A stretch of DNA of 64,000 nt from Amphiscolops sp. MND2022. Its lineage: Eukaryota. Position numbers and translations under genes: made by a program. The notes under the pieces are model-generated. The model worked only from the letters and a program-made list of their open reading frames with translations. It did no database searches and was not told where the DNA came from. The DNA lies in assembly GCA_964187785.1 (NCBI GenBank), contig OZ076409.1, forward strand, positions 45,820,001 through 45,884,000, read 5' to 3'. Below, piece after piece: positions 37,246 to 51,060 of this stretch (within the stretch, counting starts at the first letter, position 1; each line of letters begins with the position of its first letter).

Positions 37246-40200
37246 TCTCTGAACATCTGTACCATTAAAACACAATAATCACAAATAAAGCACCTGGGAC
37301 CGACACTCAGCGACTTTTGTAATTTGGACAAAGTCTGCATGAAAGTTGCCAGTCTTTTTTCACGTTTTCGGCATTTTTCGGGTAGTTTTATGACGGGACG
37401 ATTTCCTTGTCACGCCATCACGTGAATTTCTGAACGTTTTCCGGAGATTTTCTTCTATTCGTCTTTGCTCTCTTCGTCGGGGGTGGCAGGGTGTGCTGCC
37501 TTCCTTCACCGCGCTTTTTATCGCGATGTGGATGTGCGAACGATCTTACTTTCCACATGGACTAAGTTATCGTAATTTGACGTATTATTTGGTAACTGTT
37601 TCACGTTAAAATTAATATACTCGAGAGCGGTTGTTGGAGTTTGGTTGAGTAGATTGAATTCAGGAATTCAGCAAACCCAGTTTTTAGAGGCTTTTTATGG
37701 GATGGTTATGAGAAAAAGCATAATGCCCGTCCCTATTAGCAGTAACAAACCGGATCCAGGCCAGAGAGCGTCCCTTAGGATAGTTCCCCCAATCGGGACC
37801 GGCTTTCCTTAGACCAAAGTGAGCTAGTGTAGGAAGCGGTCCAGTCCCACACAGATACGTTACACATTATATGCCAGTTTCTCCATCTACTGTAGCTATC
37901 AAGATATGTCAATGCTCATCGTTACATAGAACCTTTTTTTTGGCGACCACAGTGGGATCGTATTGGGAAGCATTCCTAAATGGTTTTTTAACGATCAGGC
38001 CCCCGTGTTCAGCGCAAAGACCTTTTTGAATCCGATGAAAAAAGAAGAACCAGAGTTTTCTTTGTTTTTGGCTACAGTACGTCTTCTTGGGAGCTGGTAC
38101 GGAACTTATGTAGAGAAACCCGGAAAAAGCCCGTTTTCAGGTGTTATGGTTGCATTTTTGAAGAAAAAACCATAAAATGTATGTTGAGTCAGTGTCATCA
38201 GCGGGTATTTTTTTGCAGGAAGCAGTGACGGCAGTTCGTTGTTACCGGTGTTTAACCGATTGTTGTAGCTATTTCCAGATTTTAAAAGAGTAGCAGATGG
38301 GCGGAGCGCCGTCATCCATCCGAGCGAAGAAGGTGCAAAATCGAGTGTTGCAGGTTGTTTCCTGCCATTTCTCGCGGATATTCCCGGAAAGGATGGTTTT
38401 TGATGACAGCAAGTTCAAGTGCTAATGGTGCTAATTGTATAAACCATGTGCCTCTATCTGGTATAGATGTGGAGAAAAAGCGTGGCGAAAAAGCGTAACT
38501 TGACAAGAAGTGTCGCCCTGATGGGTCATGGTTCGCAAAAATCTTCAAATTGCTTTTTTTTGATTGTCAAATGTTGGTGTAGTTCAGTACCACTTTTTCA
38601 CGAAGTAACGACACCATCTGGAACGCTTCTAAATGGCGAAAACAGTGATTTTTTGTGAAAAGTGTTGTTATTTGTTTTTTTTTGGCGTTTTGGGTGGCAC
38701 AGTGAAAAGTGGGTGAAACGCAATCACTTGTCCTAAGAGAGGCGAAAGTAGAAAAGAGGTCAAAAAGTCACTCGAAAACACCCGTGTGACCAAGCGTGGC
38801 AAAGTAATAGACCAGTTAACTGTAGTTTCCCAATCAAAACACAAATCTAATGAACCGGTTATACCTTTTATTGCGAGTTTAAGCACTGATGGACCTGTTG
38901 AGTGAAAATGTTGTCTTTTTGTCCGTTTTTGGACATTGTAGAGTGTATCATTAAAGCTCCGTAGTACGAAGCTTATCTGTCGTCAGGAAACTTGTGCGTT
39001 CTCGTTAACAGTTTTTGTGTAAAGATAACGTCTGGGTCTGAATCGTAGTGCGAGCACACGTGAAACCCATGAAAGCCGTAAAGCCATTGAAACCCGTCAT
39101 CACACCCAAACACAGGTTGGTAACTCCGGTTTGGTGGTCCCAGTAACCTCGGACAAGAATATCGTTTTGCTACCATTTGGGAGAACGGTGGCAAGACCAC
39201 AGTTGTGACCGACAATTCAGTGCCACCAATTATTCTTAATGTGATGTTGAACGCTTCCATAGCGTATGCATCGCTGCATAATAGTGTGTTTTTAGATGAG
39301 GGCGTAGGAGCTGTCGGAGGAACAAGCTCACTCGTTGTCAGCCTGATAACCTCCAACCTCACCAACAACCAGCAGCGTGTTCGAAGTGACACACAGTTAG
39401 GATCGACGCAACTGCCTCGAGGCAACCCGACACGGACGATTTGTGCTGGGAACTGATGCCAGCGCTGTCGCCATTTCCGGCATCTTGCACCGGTGGCAAG
39501 GCGGGGAACGTCGCCTCCGAACCATCGCGTATGGTAGCAAGAAGCTGACTGCAACTCAAGCGCTGAATTATGATGCGCGCAGGGCTTGACATATACGCTG
39601 TCTACCACTTTATTATCAACAACCACATCAATTTGTGTTCCCGAACAATCATCCGGACAATCAGGCTTTGTCCTGGTTGAAAACGTATTCCACCAACCAA
39701 ACCCCGATAGGTCGATGGATCATGGCGCTCGAAAAGTGTGACTTTCGAGTGGATTATCGTTGCGGGACACAACATCGCAACGTTGGTGGGCTGTGTAAGC
39801 GAACTAATGATTATCAATGGAAATAGAAGCTGCTCGAGAAGCTGCCAAAAGTGGCAAAACGCTGGAATTTCTTACAAGCTGAATGTGACTAATTGCTGAC
39901 GGTATCATGGTTTGATGTATAGGGGAGGGTGATACCCAATCACCAAATTTAACTGCACATTTGCCGAACGTGGAGCTTTTTGCTCCAAGGCCGTTTAGGC
40001 GTATCATTAGAAAAACTCTACATGCAAAATGTCGGAAAAAGCACAAGGAAGCGCTGCGAGCTCCACTGCCCCAGCTTCTCCCACCAGTGTTGCACGCCCA
40101 TGAAGACTTCTATCCTTACTACCCCGAGGATTGGATAAATGTAACCGACGAAGCGAGTCAAGAATATCTATTGACAACTGATCTCACAAACGTTGCATGG

Positions 40201-42585
40201 CAGACTACCTATGCTCTGGCCGAGACCAATAGCTTAGCCATGCAAAATGCTCCCACTGTGTTCAAGAAAACCATTTGGCAATCCGAGACTTTGACACGGA
40301 ACTGCATGAACATGTAAACACTGTTCATGGCATCAAACACTTGGTGCCTGCTCAAAAACGTGAAGTCAACGTCTTGGCTATTAACATCGTTGGTCCCAAA
40401 AGAGACCATCGAACATCGAACTTTACTGAAGACGTGCGCGTGTTCACACGCAAATACTAGAAGCAAAACATATTCTGTTAATTAACAAATAGAGGTCTTT
40501 TGTATAGAGTATTCCCCCTCATCCACTGGTTGAACGTCCGTGCATGATTGTAATGCCTCACTTTTAACAGCACGAATTTTTGCTCCATACCCACGATGCT
40601 ATGCGTCAACAAGACATCACCAAGATGATGGCGCGCACACAACAGCGCCATACTTGGCCGGGCATTCGCTGTAGTGTAGGGCAGTACGTGAGCCAACAAG
40701 TGCGTGATAAACCAGGTAACGTGCGATTCCGCTAGAAAAATGTCCAAAGTGGGTATTTCAACGAACTAGTCCAGGATGATCACTTACAAATTTGCCCCTC
40801 TGACAACAACAATACGAGGAGACTGGTGAACCTTTGTCTTTTTTTCAAGCTGAGACGGTTCCTTGCCGTCATGAGGTATACGATGCGGTATGCCGTCACG
40901 TCTAGGTTTTCGTTGCAGAAATGGTTTGCCAAGCACGGCACTCCTAGGCGCATGCAATCTGACAATGCGCCCAACATGACTCCGTAGGTGTCGAATGAGG
41001 TCATGATAGCCACCCACGTCACCAAGATCATCTCCACAGCCGAAAATCCGCGTACTCAGGAGTTGATCGAGCTCCCAAATCGTACCGCACTGACTTTGTT
41101 GTGAGTTTTCTGCTCGCAGCGCATGAGACATTCGGACCAACGCCTAAATGAAGGTGTTGGTCGCCTATAGCTCTACAGAAGCGGCACACAGTCGGGTGTG
41201 TTAGTGCTAGCGACACTAGTCTGCCGTGCAATACCTCGAAGATTGAGAAAAGTCTAAAAACTGAAGCTAACGACGGTGGAGCAAGTTATGTTAATAAAGT
41301 TTACGATGAAATTAATAAAAAATTGACTCTGAATTAACGTCTTCATCTGACGTTGATTTTCTGTCTTCAACCGGACTAACGAGAAAAGCTTGTCTGAACG
41401 TGAAAAGAACGCCCAAGTTGATGCGCTCCTGTCGTGGACCGCTTAAGGTTGTCCATGTGCGTTTTAGACGCAGGTCAAAATGCACTTTTCGAACTCTTAA
41501 AACCGCATCCTAGCGAACCGAATTCGTTGCTGCCCCTCTTGATACAGACGAGAAAGCAGTCTTAATGGACGCGGAGCCTGAACGCTCCATAAAAGAGATA
41601 AACGTTGATGCATCTAAATTTTCTTTTCAAACTGAAAAACTGCTTTCAGAATCATCGGACGTTTTCTTGCCCTCGCGCGAACGTCTGTGGATGAATACTC
41701 GTCTGTGCACTACCCTCCGAACGGCCCTTGCCATATTTCGGAGAATGAACCAGTGAAGAGAAAGGTCTAGAGCGCACTTCGGCTACGGTAGTGCCATCGT
41801 TTTCTCCCAGCATAGTGTTTAAACGATTTAATTTTGAGCGAGAACCTGTGCGATTATCACGGTGTTTAACAGCAAAAATGCTGTTTGACACGTATGGTGT
41901 GCGATGGAGCAAGACGGGTTTTTCAGATCGGCCTCGCACTAGTGGCTGGTGGTCACCGCCCCACATGTGGAAGCTCTACTAAGCCCACAACTTTTGTTAG
42001 CTTGCTTGTTAGCTTCCGCCACGAAGGAGATAATTCTGTGCGTCCGTATCATAGATTGGTATCAACGCAAAGTGAATTTTGGCTGGACGTTTGAAATATT
42101 CATTACGTGGTTGGCCACCCGTTGTCCACGAATCCGCTTGTTAGATTAGCGGACACACACTTTATGGAACAGTTGCCCGCGAAGGCAGCCATTAGCACTT
42201 TAATCGCGTGGTCCGGGCGAACGTTGATACTCATGCGTTGCCACGCTCTTTGTCGCAAGATTCAGCCGCGGTACAAGGACGTCGTCCTCGGGTATGCCTG
42301 ACTCAGACATTGGACCCGGGATGGAAACTGTGTATCCTGGAGTCCTGCTCCAAAACTTGGTGGAGTACATATTTTACGATATGGCCAACGTTCTGGAAGC
42401 AGAAGGTGATATTGTGTTGGCTTCCCCAGCCGAGCTGGGAACCAATTTAACAGCCTTGCGATGTGTACTGACCAAGTATAAAAAAGAGTCTTTCCGTTTT
42501 GACCGCCCCTAGTAAATAGTAGGGGAGATTTTAACCGTAACACCGCGTGTACTCACAATCTCTCTCAGTCCATTCACATAGTAAT

Positions 42586-42785
42586 NNNNNNNNNNNNNNN
42601 NNNNNNNNNNNNNNNNNNNNNNNNNNNNNNNNNNNNNNNNNNNNNNNNNNNNNNNNNNNNNNNNNNNNNNNNNNNNNNNNNNNNNNNNNNNNNNNNNNNN
42701 NNNNNNNNNNNNNNNNNNNNNNNNNNNNNNNNNNNNNNNNNNNNNNNNNNNNNNNNNNNNNNNNNNNNNNNNNNNNNNNNNNNNN
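42586..42785. other. Assembly gap (200 N)
   Basis: Run of N. Confidence 1.
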
Positions 42786-43659
42786 CTTGTGCTGCAACCG
42801 TTAATCGAGACACCAACCGTGACTGAGAGCTGCGAACTAGAGGTAATTTCTGGGCTCAATCGCAAGGGCACCTTCGCTGACTCAAGGCCAAGATGATGAG
42901 GCCGGCACAAAACGAGTTTCCCCACACAAAACCTTGTACTCCTAGTATAACAGAAACCCAACCAGTCGTTTGCCTCCAGACAAACAGCGACAAAATGGGG
43001 GCAAAGATACGCTCCGTGATGGTGCCGGTGCTTGTAGGGTACCAAGGCCCTACCCAGCCTCAGTTGGCAATGGACGAAGAAATGGAAATTTACGCTCCCA
43101 AAACTGACTTTGTGCCTGCGAGCACACCATTGACATCTTCGACGTCCAACACTGCTGAAAACCGACGTGCCTATTTGCCACCGTCCGTGGACGTGTCTGG
43201 GTTGCTGATCACTCGCGACTCAAAACGGTTTTGCGAAGCTGCTAGCTGCTTATAAGGACATCTGCTCTATGACGATTAACGTGTTCCTCCCCCTAATGCC
43301 ACCGCCTCAGAGTTCAAGTTGAACGACGCCCAGCTTCGGATGCTGATGGAGGCTCTCGCCGATATGACTATCGGAGATGTGTGGGCCCGGTCTTTGGCCA
43401 TAGGCCCTAACAAAAGCGTCGCCGGCTTTTTTGTCATTCTAACAAACATTGTGGCCTTGTGAAACTTGGTGGAAGCCTATACCTATTTGGTACTCAAGGG
43501 CAACTATAGAGTCTGATCCGTTGGAGTCATATTCAGATTGTTACCTACAAACAAGAGTAAACCGAGCATTTTCGGAGGGTGCGTGCCTCCGTACAACACT
43601 GGATCTACTCCTCGCTGGTTTTCGCATCGGGGTTGTTCGTCGGTGTTGAACAGGTGCAA

Positions 43660-46438
43660 CCTCTGCACTATCTAACTGAGCATTGAGCAACTATCATGGG
43701 AGAACGCCGGGTTCCCCATACCTCAACAATTAGTCGATTTGAATTTTGCTGAAGAGGAGAACTTTGTGCCAGTGTTAGCACCAGTGTTGGCTCCTATCAT
43801 CGGTCCAATAGGAATCATCAGCAGGTATCAAATGGAACCGCTATCTGTGGCGGTACGCGTGCCAACGGACTCATTTTGCACGTTTTTGCAAGGCGTCCCG
43901 CTAGTTAGTTATGCTCGCGCTGTCCAAAATTGGCTGAGCAGTGAGAATCCCAAGCATACACCACCATAAAGACCGAGCACCAGCCTCAGGGCCCGAACAC
44001 GAAAAACCAGTCATCTGCCAAGTGTACACCCAATGAACTGATATATTGCTCCTCAGGATCTGGACGTCAGACCGTTTAGGTTCCAGTGATCACCCGATGT
44101 TCTTGACTTGAATAATCAGAACTAACCTGCGAGCTAGCCCCAACAGTGATCCTGCGTATGTTTTCAAGTGTATCCAGATTCCCAACAGGTACTAGAAGGC
44201 GCCTATTGGTTATCCTCTTGTCCGCCTACTGGAAAACCTTGAGCATCAATTGCAGTATCTTTCACGAGTGCATCAGTGGATCGACGCCGATGCGATGGAA
44301 AAACTGGAATTGATGCTTTGAAAAGAGGTTGGGAGCTCTGGCGACAGCCTGGTTTGGTATCGAAGCGGGTAGCGCTGGCAACCGCCGGTGAAGCAGAGAG
44401 CAACCGACGTGTAGCTCCGTCTTTGGCTATACGTTTGAATCAACCTTTGACAATTGATGCGATGGTAACCCTGATGATATCCGTTTGAAAATCCCAGGTC
44501 GTCAAAATATTGAGCAGACCGCTGCCGAGCAGTCAGGAGATCATGCTTCTGAACAGACATCTTGTGGTTCCAATGTTATGTACTGCTCTGGTGGATCCAA
44601 TCGACAATTTCAACTTTGATACAGACACTGAAACCCTTCTTCCTTCGCCGCGACAAGGTGCGTCCTTCGGCGATCAGTCAGAAACCACTGATGAGTCTAG
44701 TCAACGAAAAAATTGACAATGCAATGAGCAGCAGGTTAAAAAAGCTGGTGAGCCTGCGAGCTCTCCTATGCACGCCTTGCGTGGATATTAAAACAAACTA
44801 TGAGAAAAAAAATAACCATGAAAGACTATCGTGTTTTGCTGCTTCACAACGCGAGCGGTGTTCATTGGATCACCCCGGCTGAAAATGACAAAAAGACATT
44901 TTAACTAGAACTTTAGCTGTTATCTAGAGTCATGTGAACTCTGTAGCCTGGTGTAAGGGTAGCGGAGCCGAGCAGCTCCCAAAAAGACCTTTTAACGCTT
45001 GAAAACTAAAAAAACAATCAAAAAAACTAGTACAAAAGAAGCTCTTCGTCCTCTGCACTATCTAACTGAGCATTGAGCAACTATCATGGGAGAACGCCGG
45101 GTTCCCCATACCTCAACAATTAGTCGATTTGGATTTTGCTGAAGAGGAGAACTTTGTGCCAGTGTTAGCACCAGTGTTGGCTCCTATCATCGGTCCAATA
45201 GGAATCATCAGCAGGTATCAAATGGAACCGCTATCTGTGGCGGTACGCGTGCCAACGGACTCATTTTGCACGTTTTTGCAAGGCGTCCCGCTAGTTAGTT
45301 ATGCTCGCGCTGTCCAAAATTGGCTGAGCAGTGAGAATCCCAAGCATACACCACCATAAAGACCGAGCACCAGCCTCAGGGCCGCCTCAGGGCCCGAACA
45401 CGAAAAACCAGTCATCTGCCAAGTGTACACCCAATGAACTGATATATTGCTCCTCAGGAGACCGTTTAGGTTCCAGTGATCACCCGATGTTCTTGACTCG
45501 AATAATCAGAACTAACCTGCGAGCTAGCCCCAACAGTGATCCTGCGTATGTTTTCAAGTGTATCCATATTCCCAACAGGTACTAGAAGGCGCCTATTGGT
45601 TATCCTCTTGTCCGCCTACTGGAAAACATTGAGCATCAATTGCAGTATCTTTCACGAGTGCATCAGTGGATCGACGCCGATGCGATGGAAAAACTGGAAT
45701 TGATGCTTTGAAAAGAGGTTGGGAGCTCTGGCGACAGCCTGGTTTGGTATCGAAGCGGGTAGCGCTGGCAACCGCCGGTGAAGCAGAGAGCAACCGACGT
45801 GTAGCTCCGTCTTTGGCTATACTTTTGAATCAACCTTTGACAATTGATGCGATGGTAACCCTGATGATATCCGTTTGAAAATCCCAGGTCGTCAAAATAT
45901 TGAGCAGACCGCTGCCGAGCAGTCAGGAGATCATGCTTCTGAACAGACATCTTGTGGATCCAATGTTATGTACTGCTCTGGTGGATCCAATCGACAATTT
46001 CAACTTTGATACAGACACTGAAACCCTTCTTCCTTCGCCGCGACAAGGTGCGTCCTTCGGCGATCAGTCAGAAACCACTGATGAGGCTAGTCAACGAAAA
46101 AATTGACAATGCAATGAGCAGCAGGTTAAAAAAGCTGGTGAGCCTGCGAGCTCTCCTATGCACGCCTTGCGTGGATATTAAAACAAACTATGAGAAAAAA
46201 AATAACCATGAAAGACTATCGTCTTTTGCTGCTTCACAACGCGAGCGGTGTTCATTGGATCACCCCGGCTGAAAATGACAAAAAGACATTTTAACTAGAA
46301 CTTTAGCTGTTATCTAGTGTCATGTGAACTCTGTAGCCTGGTGTAAGGGTAGCGGAGCCGAGCAGCTCCCAAAAAGACCTTTTAACGCTTGAAAACTAAA
46401 AAAACAATCAAAAAAACTACTACAAAAGAAGCTCTTCG
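43660..46438. repeat. Tandem duplication, ~1390-bp unit (43660..45049 and 45050..46438)
   Basis: Near-identical sequence and ORFs at offset 1390. Confidence 0.97.
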
Positions 46439-47029
46439 CACGCAAAAGCTGCGAAAAAAGTTTTAGACGCAATTAATCATCTAAACAGTGCTTGCCCTGA
46501 ACGGAAAACCCATCTTTCCAGCTTATGCTAAAACGTTGTCATATCTTTGTAGCAAAAGCGAAGTCTTATATAGGTAAGATCTCGGAAACGTACATCCCTA
46601 AACGCGTGTTGGAAACAATGACTAGTTCTTGTTCCACGACGTTTTGTACCGGACTCTCAGCATCAAGAGAAGCCCTGTTCTTGGAAGAGACCCTGTGATG
46701 CTTGCCACGGACGACCAGGCATACGCCTTGGGAGTATTGTAACTGCAACTGCGGACCCATCGAAAAAACCGTCTGGTACCTGAAACTCGTTCGAAAATGA
46801 CGTACGTGGCAGTGTGAGCATGTTTTTTTTTCAACTACCTGTCGGCAAAAAAAAGCAGGTGAAGACGCAGAAAAAGTCGCCCCACGAAACGAGATGCGCC
46901 AAAAACGAAAAAAGCAGCTCAGCTGAAAAACGTGCCAAACCACGGTGTTCTACCATAAAATGGAAATTCTTGTCACTTTTGGTTGAGAAAACTTGAGTAT
47001 GATTAAGATTGCAGCTAAAAGTTTTTTTC

Positions 47030-48060
47030 CGGTGCCACGGAAGTGTGTCCAGCTCGCATGCTGGGTGTGCAGACGATCCTACTTTCCACATGGATTCGTT
47101 ATCGTAATTTGATGTATTATGTAGTCTTTGTCTCATTTATATTAATATGCTAGTGAGCCGTTGTTGGAACTAGTTATTTCTTGGTTTATTAGCTTTCCCA
47201 CTCTTGGATTGGAAGCAGAAACTCGGCAAACCCAGTTCTTAGTTCTTAGAGGTTATTTCTGCGGTGGTTGTGAGAAAAGGTATAATTCCCTCACATAGTA
47301 GCAGTAACAGACCCGATCCACGCCCGAGAGTGTCCTTTAAGATAGTTCCCCCACTCGGGACCGGCTTTCCTTAGTAGACAATTAGCCAATGTATGAAGCG
47401 GTCTAACCCCAGACACATTCGTGGCCTATTGTATGCCAGTTTCTTCAACTACTGCAGCTATCAAGCTATGTCAATCCTGATCATTACATATAACTCAATT
47501 TTTGGCGACCACAGAGTGATTGTCTTGGGAAGTTTTCGTTAATGGTTTTTAAAAGAACTGGCGGTGCTCAGCGCCAGGAACGTTTAGACTCTGATAAAGG
47601 AAAAAATAGGGAGTTTTACTTGTTTCCTTCTACAGTACGTCTTCTTGGGGGCTGGTTTGGATTTTATCCGGAGAAACCCGAAAAAAGCCCGTTTTCAGGT
47701 GTTATGAGGGCATTTTGGAGAAAATATATGTTGTGTCAGTGTTAATCCTTCAGCGGGTTTTTTCCTTTGCAGGTAGCGGTGACGATAGCTCGTTGCTACT
47801 GGTGTTTAACCGATTGTTGTAGCTATTTTCATTTTTTTGGGCTATGTAAAAGAGTAGCAGATGGGCGGTGCGCCGTAATCCATTCGAGCGAAGAAGTGTC
47901 AAATCTAGTTTTGCAAGTTGTTTCCCCCCATTTCGCGGGGAGACATCCAGGGATGGTTTTTGGTGGACAGGAAGTTCAAGTGCTAATGGTGCTAATTGTC
48001 CAAATCGCGTGCCTCTATCTGGTCTGGATGTGGAGAAAAAGCGTTGTGAAGAAAAAGCGT
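47030..48060 (+). mobile_element. LTR + PBS + 5' leader fragment of a subfamily related to element C
   Basis: Clearly diverged homolog of ~37500..38510; TTACA end at 47488 and PBS TGGCGACCACAG at 47503. Confidence 0.8.
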
Positions 48061-48193
48061 GTTTCAACGGCGTGTCTGGGAAAGTTTTTATACCTACGCG
48101 GGATTGATATTGCCTAACACTTTTTCTCGAAGCTTTTGAAAATCAACTTTGTTAGTTTGTGTTCCAACGGATTAAGTTTTAATAATGTTGCCT

Positions 48194-48460
48194 AACCAAA
48201 TGAGGAGGGATTCCCTAACTTAGGGAATTCCTCCTCATTTGGTTCAACACCTTATTCTCGATCTTTTGAGTGAAATTATTGAAAGTTTTACTTTACAGTT
48301 GAGTCTCATCTTTTGTTCTTTTGCTTGATGTTTTGGGTTCGCTCACTGAATTGAATTCAGTGAGCGAACCCAAAACATCAAGCAAAAGAACAAAAGATGA
48401 GACTCAACTGTAAAGTAAAACTTTCAATAATTTCACTCAAAAGATCGAGAATAAGGTGTT
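48194..48460. repeat. Two abutting palindromes (51 bp and a perfect 215 bp)
   Basis: Arms 48194..48218/48220..48244 (one mismatch) and 48246..48352/48354..48460 (perfect). Confidence 0.97.
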
Positions 48461-50329
48461 AGAAAGAAACCAAGACAGTGAATGCACTTAAAAACATCTG
48501 TTGAATTTGATAGACGAGACATCAACAAAAAGTGACAGTTTATCTACTCCTGAAGTACGTAGTGCATATACCATGTTCAGAAAACATTGAGAAAGTCCTA
48601 CCGAGAGTAGACTCAATTTTACAAAGCCAAATTTAGCCGCTGATGCTGAGCAGCACAAAGCACATTTCAAAACAAGGTCGAATTGCTCTTCAAACTCAAA
48701 AGCTGCCATTTTTTACAGTTTGTGGAAACCCCCCATCAATTTATTAGCAGGAAAACAAACAGAAACGGTATATGTCGGTAACCGCCGAAGCTTAAAAAAG
48801 CAAAAGCACTTCAAAAAGTAAAGAATACTTTTTTGAATAAATTATCAATTTCACAATACCAAAAAAACCACAGGGGACCCTTTTGGTCCAAAAAGAGCCT
48901 TTCTGCTTTTACTCTGACCAGAAATGTCACCTACTTCGTATATAACGTCAAAAATACAGAGGTAGCGCAAACTTGTCGAACACCCGCTTCCTGTTTTCTA
49001 AATCGCAACTTATTTCTCATATGACGTCGTCAAAAGTTCAGAGATAGCGTGCTGGGCCAAATGAGAAAACTTTTTTGATTACCCACTTTCTCCTTAGTCA
49101 GTGAAACTCAGATTTTTTCCGATAAAACGTCAAATGTTCGGATATAGCCTGCAGGGCCAAATGGGAGCGCTGTTTTTGAGTCTTTGCCTCCCTCTTGGTA
49201 AAACGCAGTTTGAAATATAAAAATTCGGATATTGAGCTGAAGTTTCGAACGTCCGCTGCCTCCGTATTGAACAGCAGTCTACTTCGCGTATAACGTCAAA
49301 ATTTGGTAAAAGCCTGCTGGGCTGAATGGGAGCTCGTTTTTTTCCGAATCTTCGCCTCCTTCACAATAAAGCGCAATTTACACAAAACGAAAGTCACAAA
49401 TTTGAATATAGCGCAATGTCACAACCCCATAGTTGAGCTAGTGCCGTGGGGCAGATGTGAAAGCAGAACAAACAACTGCAGACCACAGAAGAGCATAAAC
49501 AGGTATTAGACCTTAAAACCGTTAGATATTTACAACCCCCCCCCAAACAAAACTGACCTAATTCTAAGGTAATACATTGGATGAACTACCTATTATGGGT
49601 CATTATACACATTGATGTAAGACGTATAAACTTCACCATGCCGTTTTGCGCCACACTATTATGCGGTACTATACGTTTCGTGCAAGTGTGATTATACGTC
49701 ATCTTAAGCTTTCACTATACAGCATTGTGCGCTTTTAAGCCCGATAATTATACGTCACTATGCGAAAAGCAGAGTGACGATAAAACGGCATTGCGAGGTT
49801 TTCCAGGGTTTTTGGCTCATTTAGTTTTACTGATTCAAATTTGATGTAGCTGTAAACTTTTATCCTATGAATGGGGTTACACCATTGGACGTGGGTCTAT
49901 TCAAAGGTTGTTAAGCGTATGACATATCAAAAACTCGGATATTGCGCAAAACTTGGACGATTTTAAAAATTTAGATTTGGAGAAGTTTTGAAGAACTATT
50001 TCTGTGGATGGAAATCACGTCTAGAAGTCATTATGATAGCTGCGTTTTATATTCAATTGATTGCCGACTAAAAATAAAGAGAAAGGCGCGTTTTCTTTTG
50101 CAAGGGTAAAGTTTCTAGTTTTTCGGTGTCCTTGCACGGCTTGCAACACTTCCTGAAAGTTGCTTGTGGATACCTTTTGATAACTTAGGACTTCAAATTC
50201 TTGCAACTTTTTGCAGTTTTTAATGCCTCGACTGTTAAGTTTACTATAAAAATTGTTGATTGAAGAACTGTTCAAAACAACTCAAGCGAGAAATTTTGCC
50301 TCAAAAATGCACCTTTGGAACTCAAATCC

Positions 50330-51060
50330 TGACATGAGTGCTCTCTAGGTCTTCATTCCTGTTTGAGACCCTAGAAACTCATCTCTTGAGTTGCTTCTGA
50401 ATCTGCGTTCTAAGGCTTCTTCAGATCTGTACCCCTGTCCTCTAACCGGAGCCTCCCATCTTCTCTCGGGCCCCTGTCCTTGTCTGGATCTTAATGTAGC
50501 CTGAATCTGAGGCAGTATTTGATCACTTTTTGTTTGCCTCATTTATAGCTCTTTCAATCTGGGAACTCACAGTACTCAAAAAAACTCCCATCTCTTTAGG
50601 ATTTCTTTGATTTAATTCTCCTGACAGCCTATTGAATTCACTGCTAGAATCTGTTTCCGTCAGGCTTTGGCCATTTTGGGCATAATTTCTAATCTCGCCT
50701 TCGCGTTAGCTAGAGTGTGAATCAGTATTCTAATTCATTGAAGCATCATGACACGGACTATCAGGCTTTCTGCCAAAGTTACTAGACTCGCTTTCCCTCT
50801 CTCTAAGTTATTTCCTCCTAACTTTTTGTCATGATTCTCAATGTCAGATAACATATCTGACTCTCTAGACTTTCTCGCTTCCTTTTGCTTCCTTGTGGTA
50901 GACATCAAGAAAATCCAATAGTAAATAGTAAATTATTCGAATCGGAAAAATTAATTCCGACAGAGATTCACAACAGGTTTACACTCAATGAAGGTCGTGA
51001 TAAATTTTCAGCTCCGGGCAGTAAGAGCTATATATACTCCCTCCAGCAGGACACTGACTT
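50330..51060 (-). repeat. Old LTR relic related to element B, carrying the gag N-terminus
   Basis: Minus strand encodes MSTTRKQKEARKSRESDMLSDIENHDKKLG and QILPQIQ; TATATA at ~51030; similarity ends at an LTR-end-like sequence near 50330. Confidence 0.8.

Larger units (their letters stand above)
37480..46440 (+). mobile_element. Highly decayed, internally deleted Gypsy element C, related to element A
   Basis: LTR end GTTACA (37926) and PBS TGGCGACCACAG (37941); RNase H piece DNQALSWLKTYS (39.65 kb); integrase piece WFAKHGTPRRMQSDNA (40.9 kb); macrodomain homolog (42.3-42.55 kb); ORF3 homolog (43.3-43.95 kb). Spans the assembly gap. Confidence 0.8.

Noticed and set aside
42509..43045. ORFs spanning X runs
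   Set aside because: Artefacts of the 200-N gap.
46950..47488. Possible 3' LTR of element C
   Set aside because: Too diverged from the 5' LTR and followed by its own PBS and leader, so it is treated as a separate fragment.
48930..49340. Three or four diverged repeats (CGTCAAA...GGGCCAAATG) resembling a CRISPR-like array
   Set aside because: Irregular spacing, degenerate units, eukaryotic context and no cas genes; likely transposon subterminal repeats.
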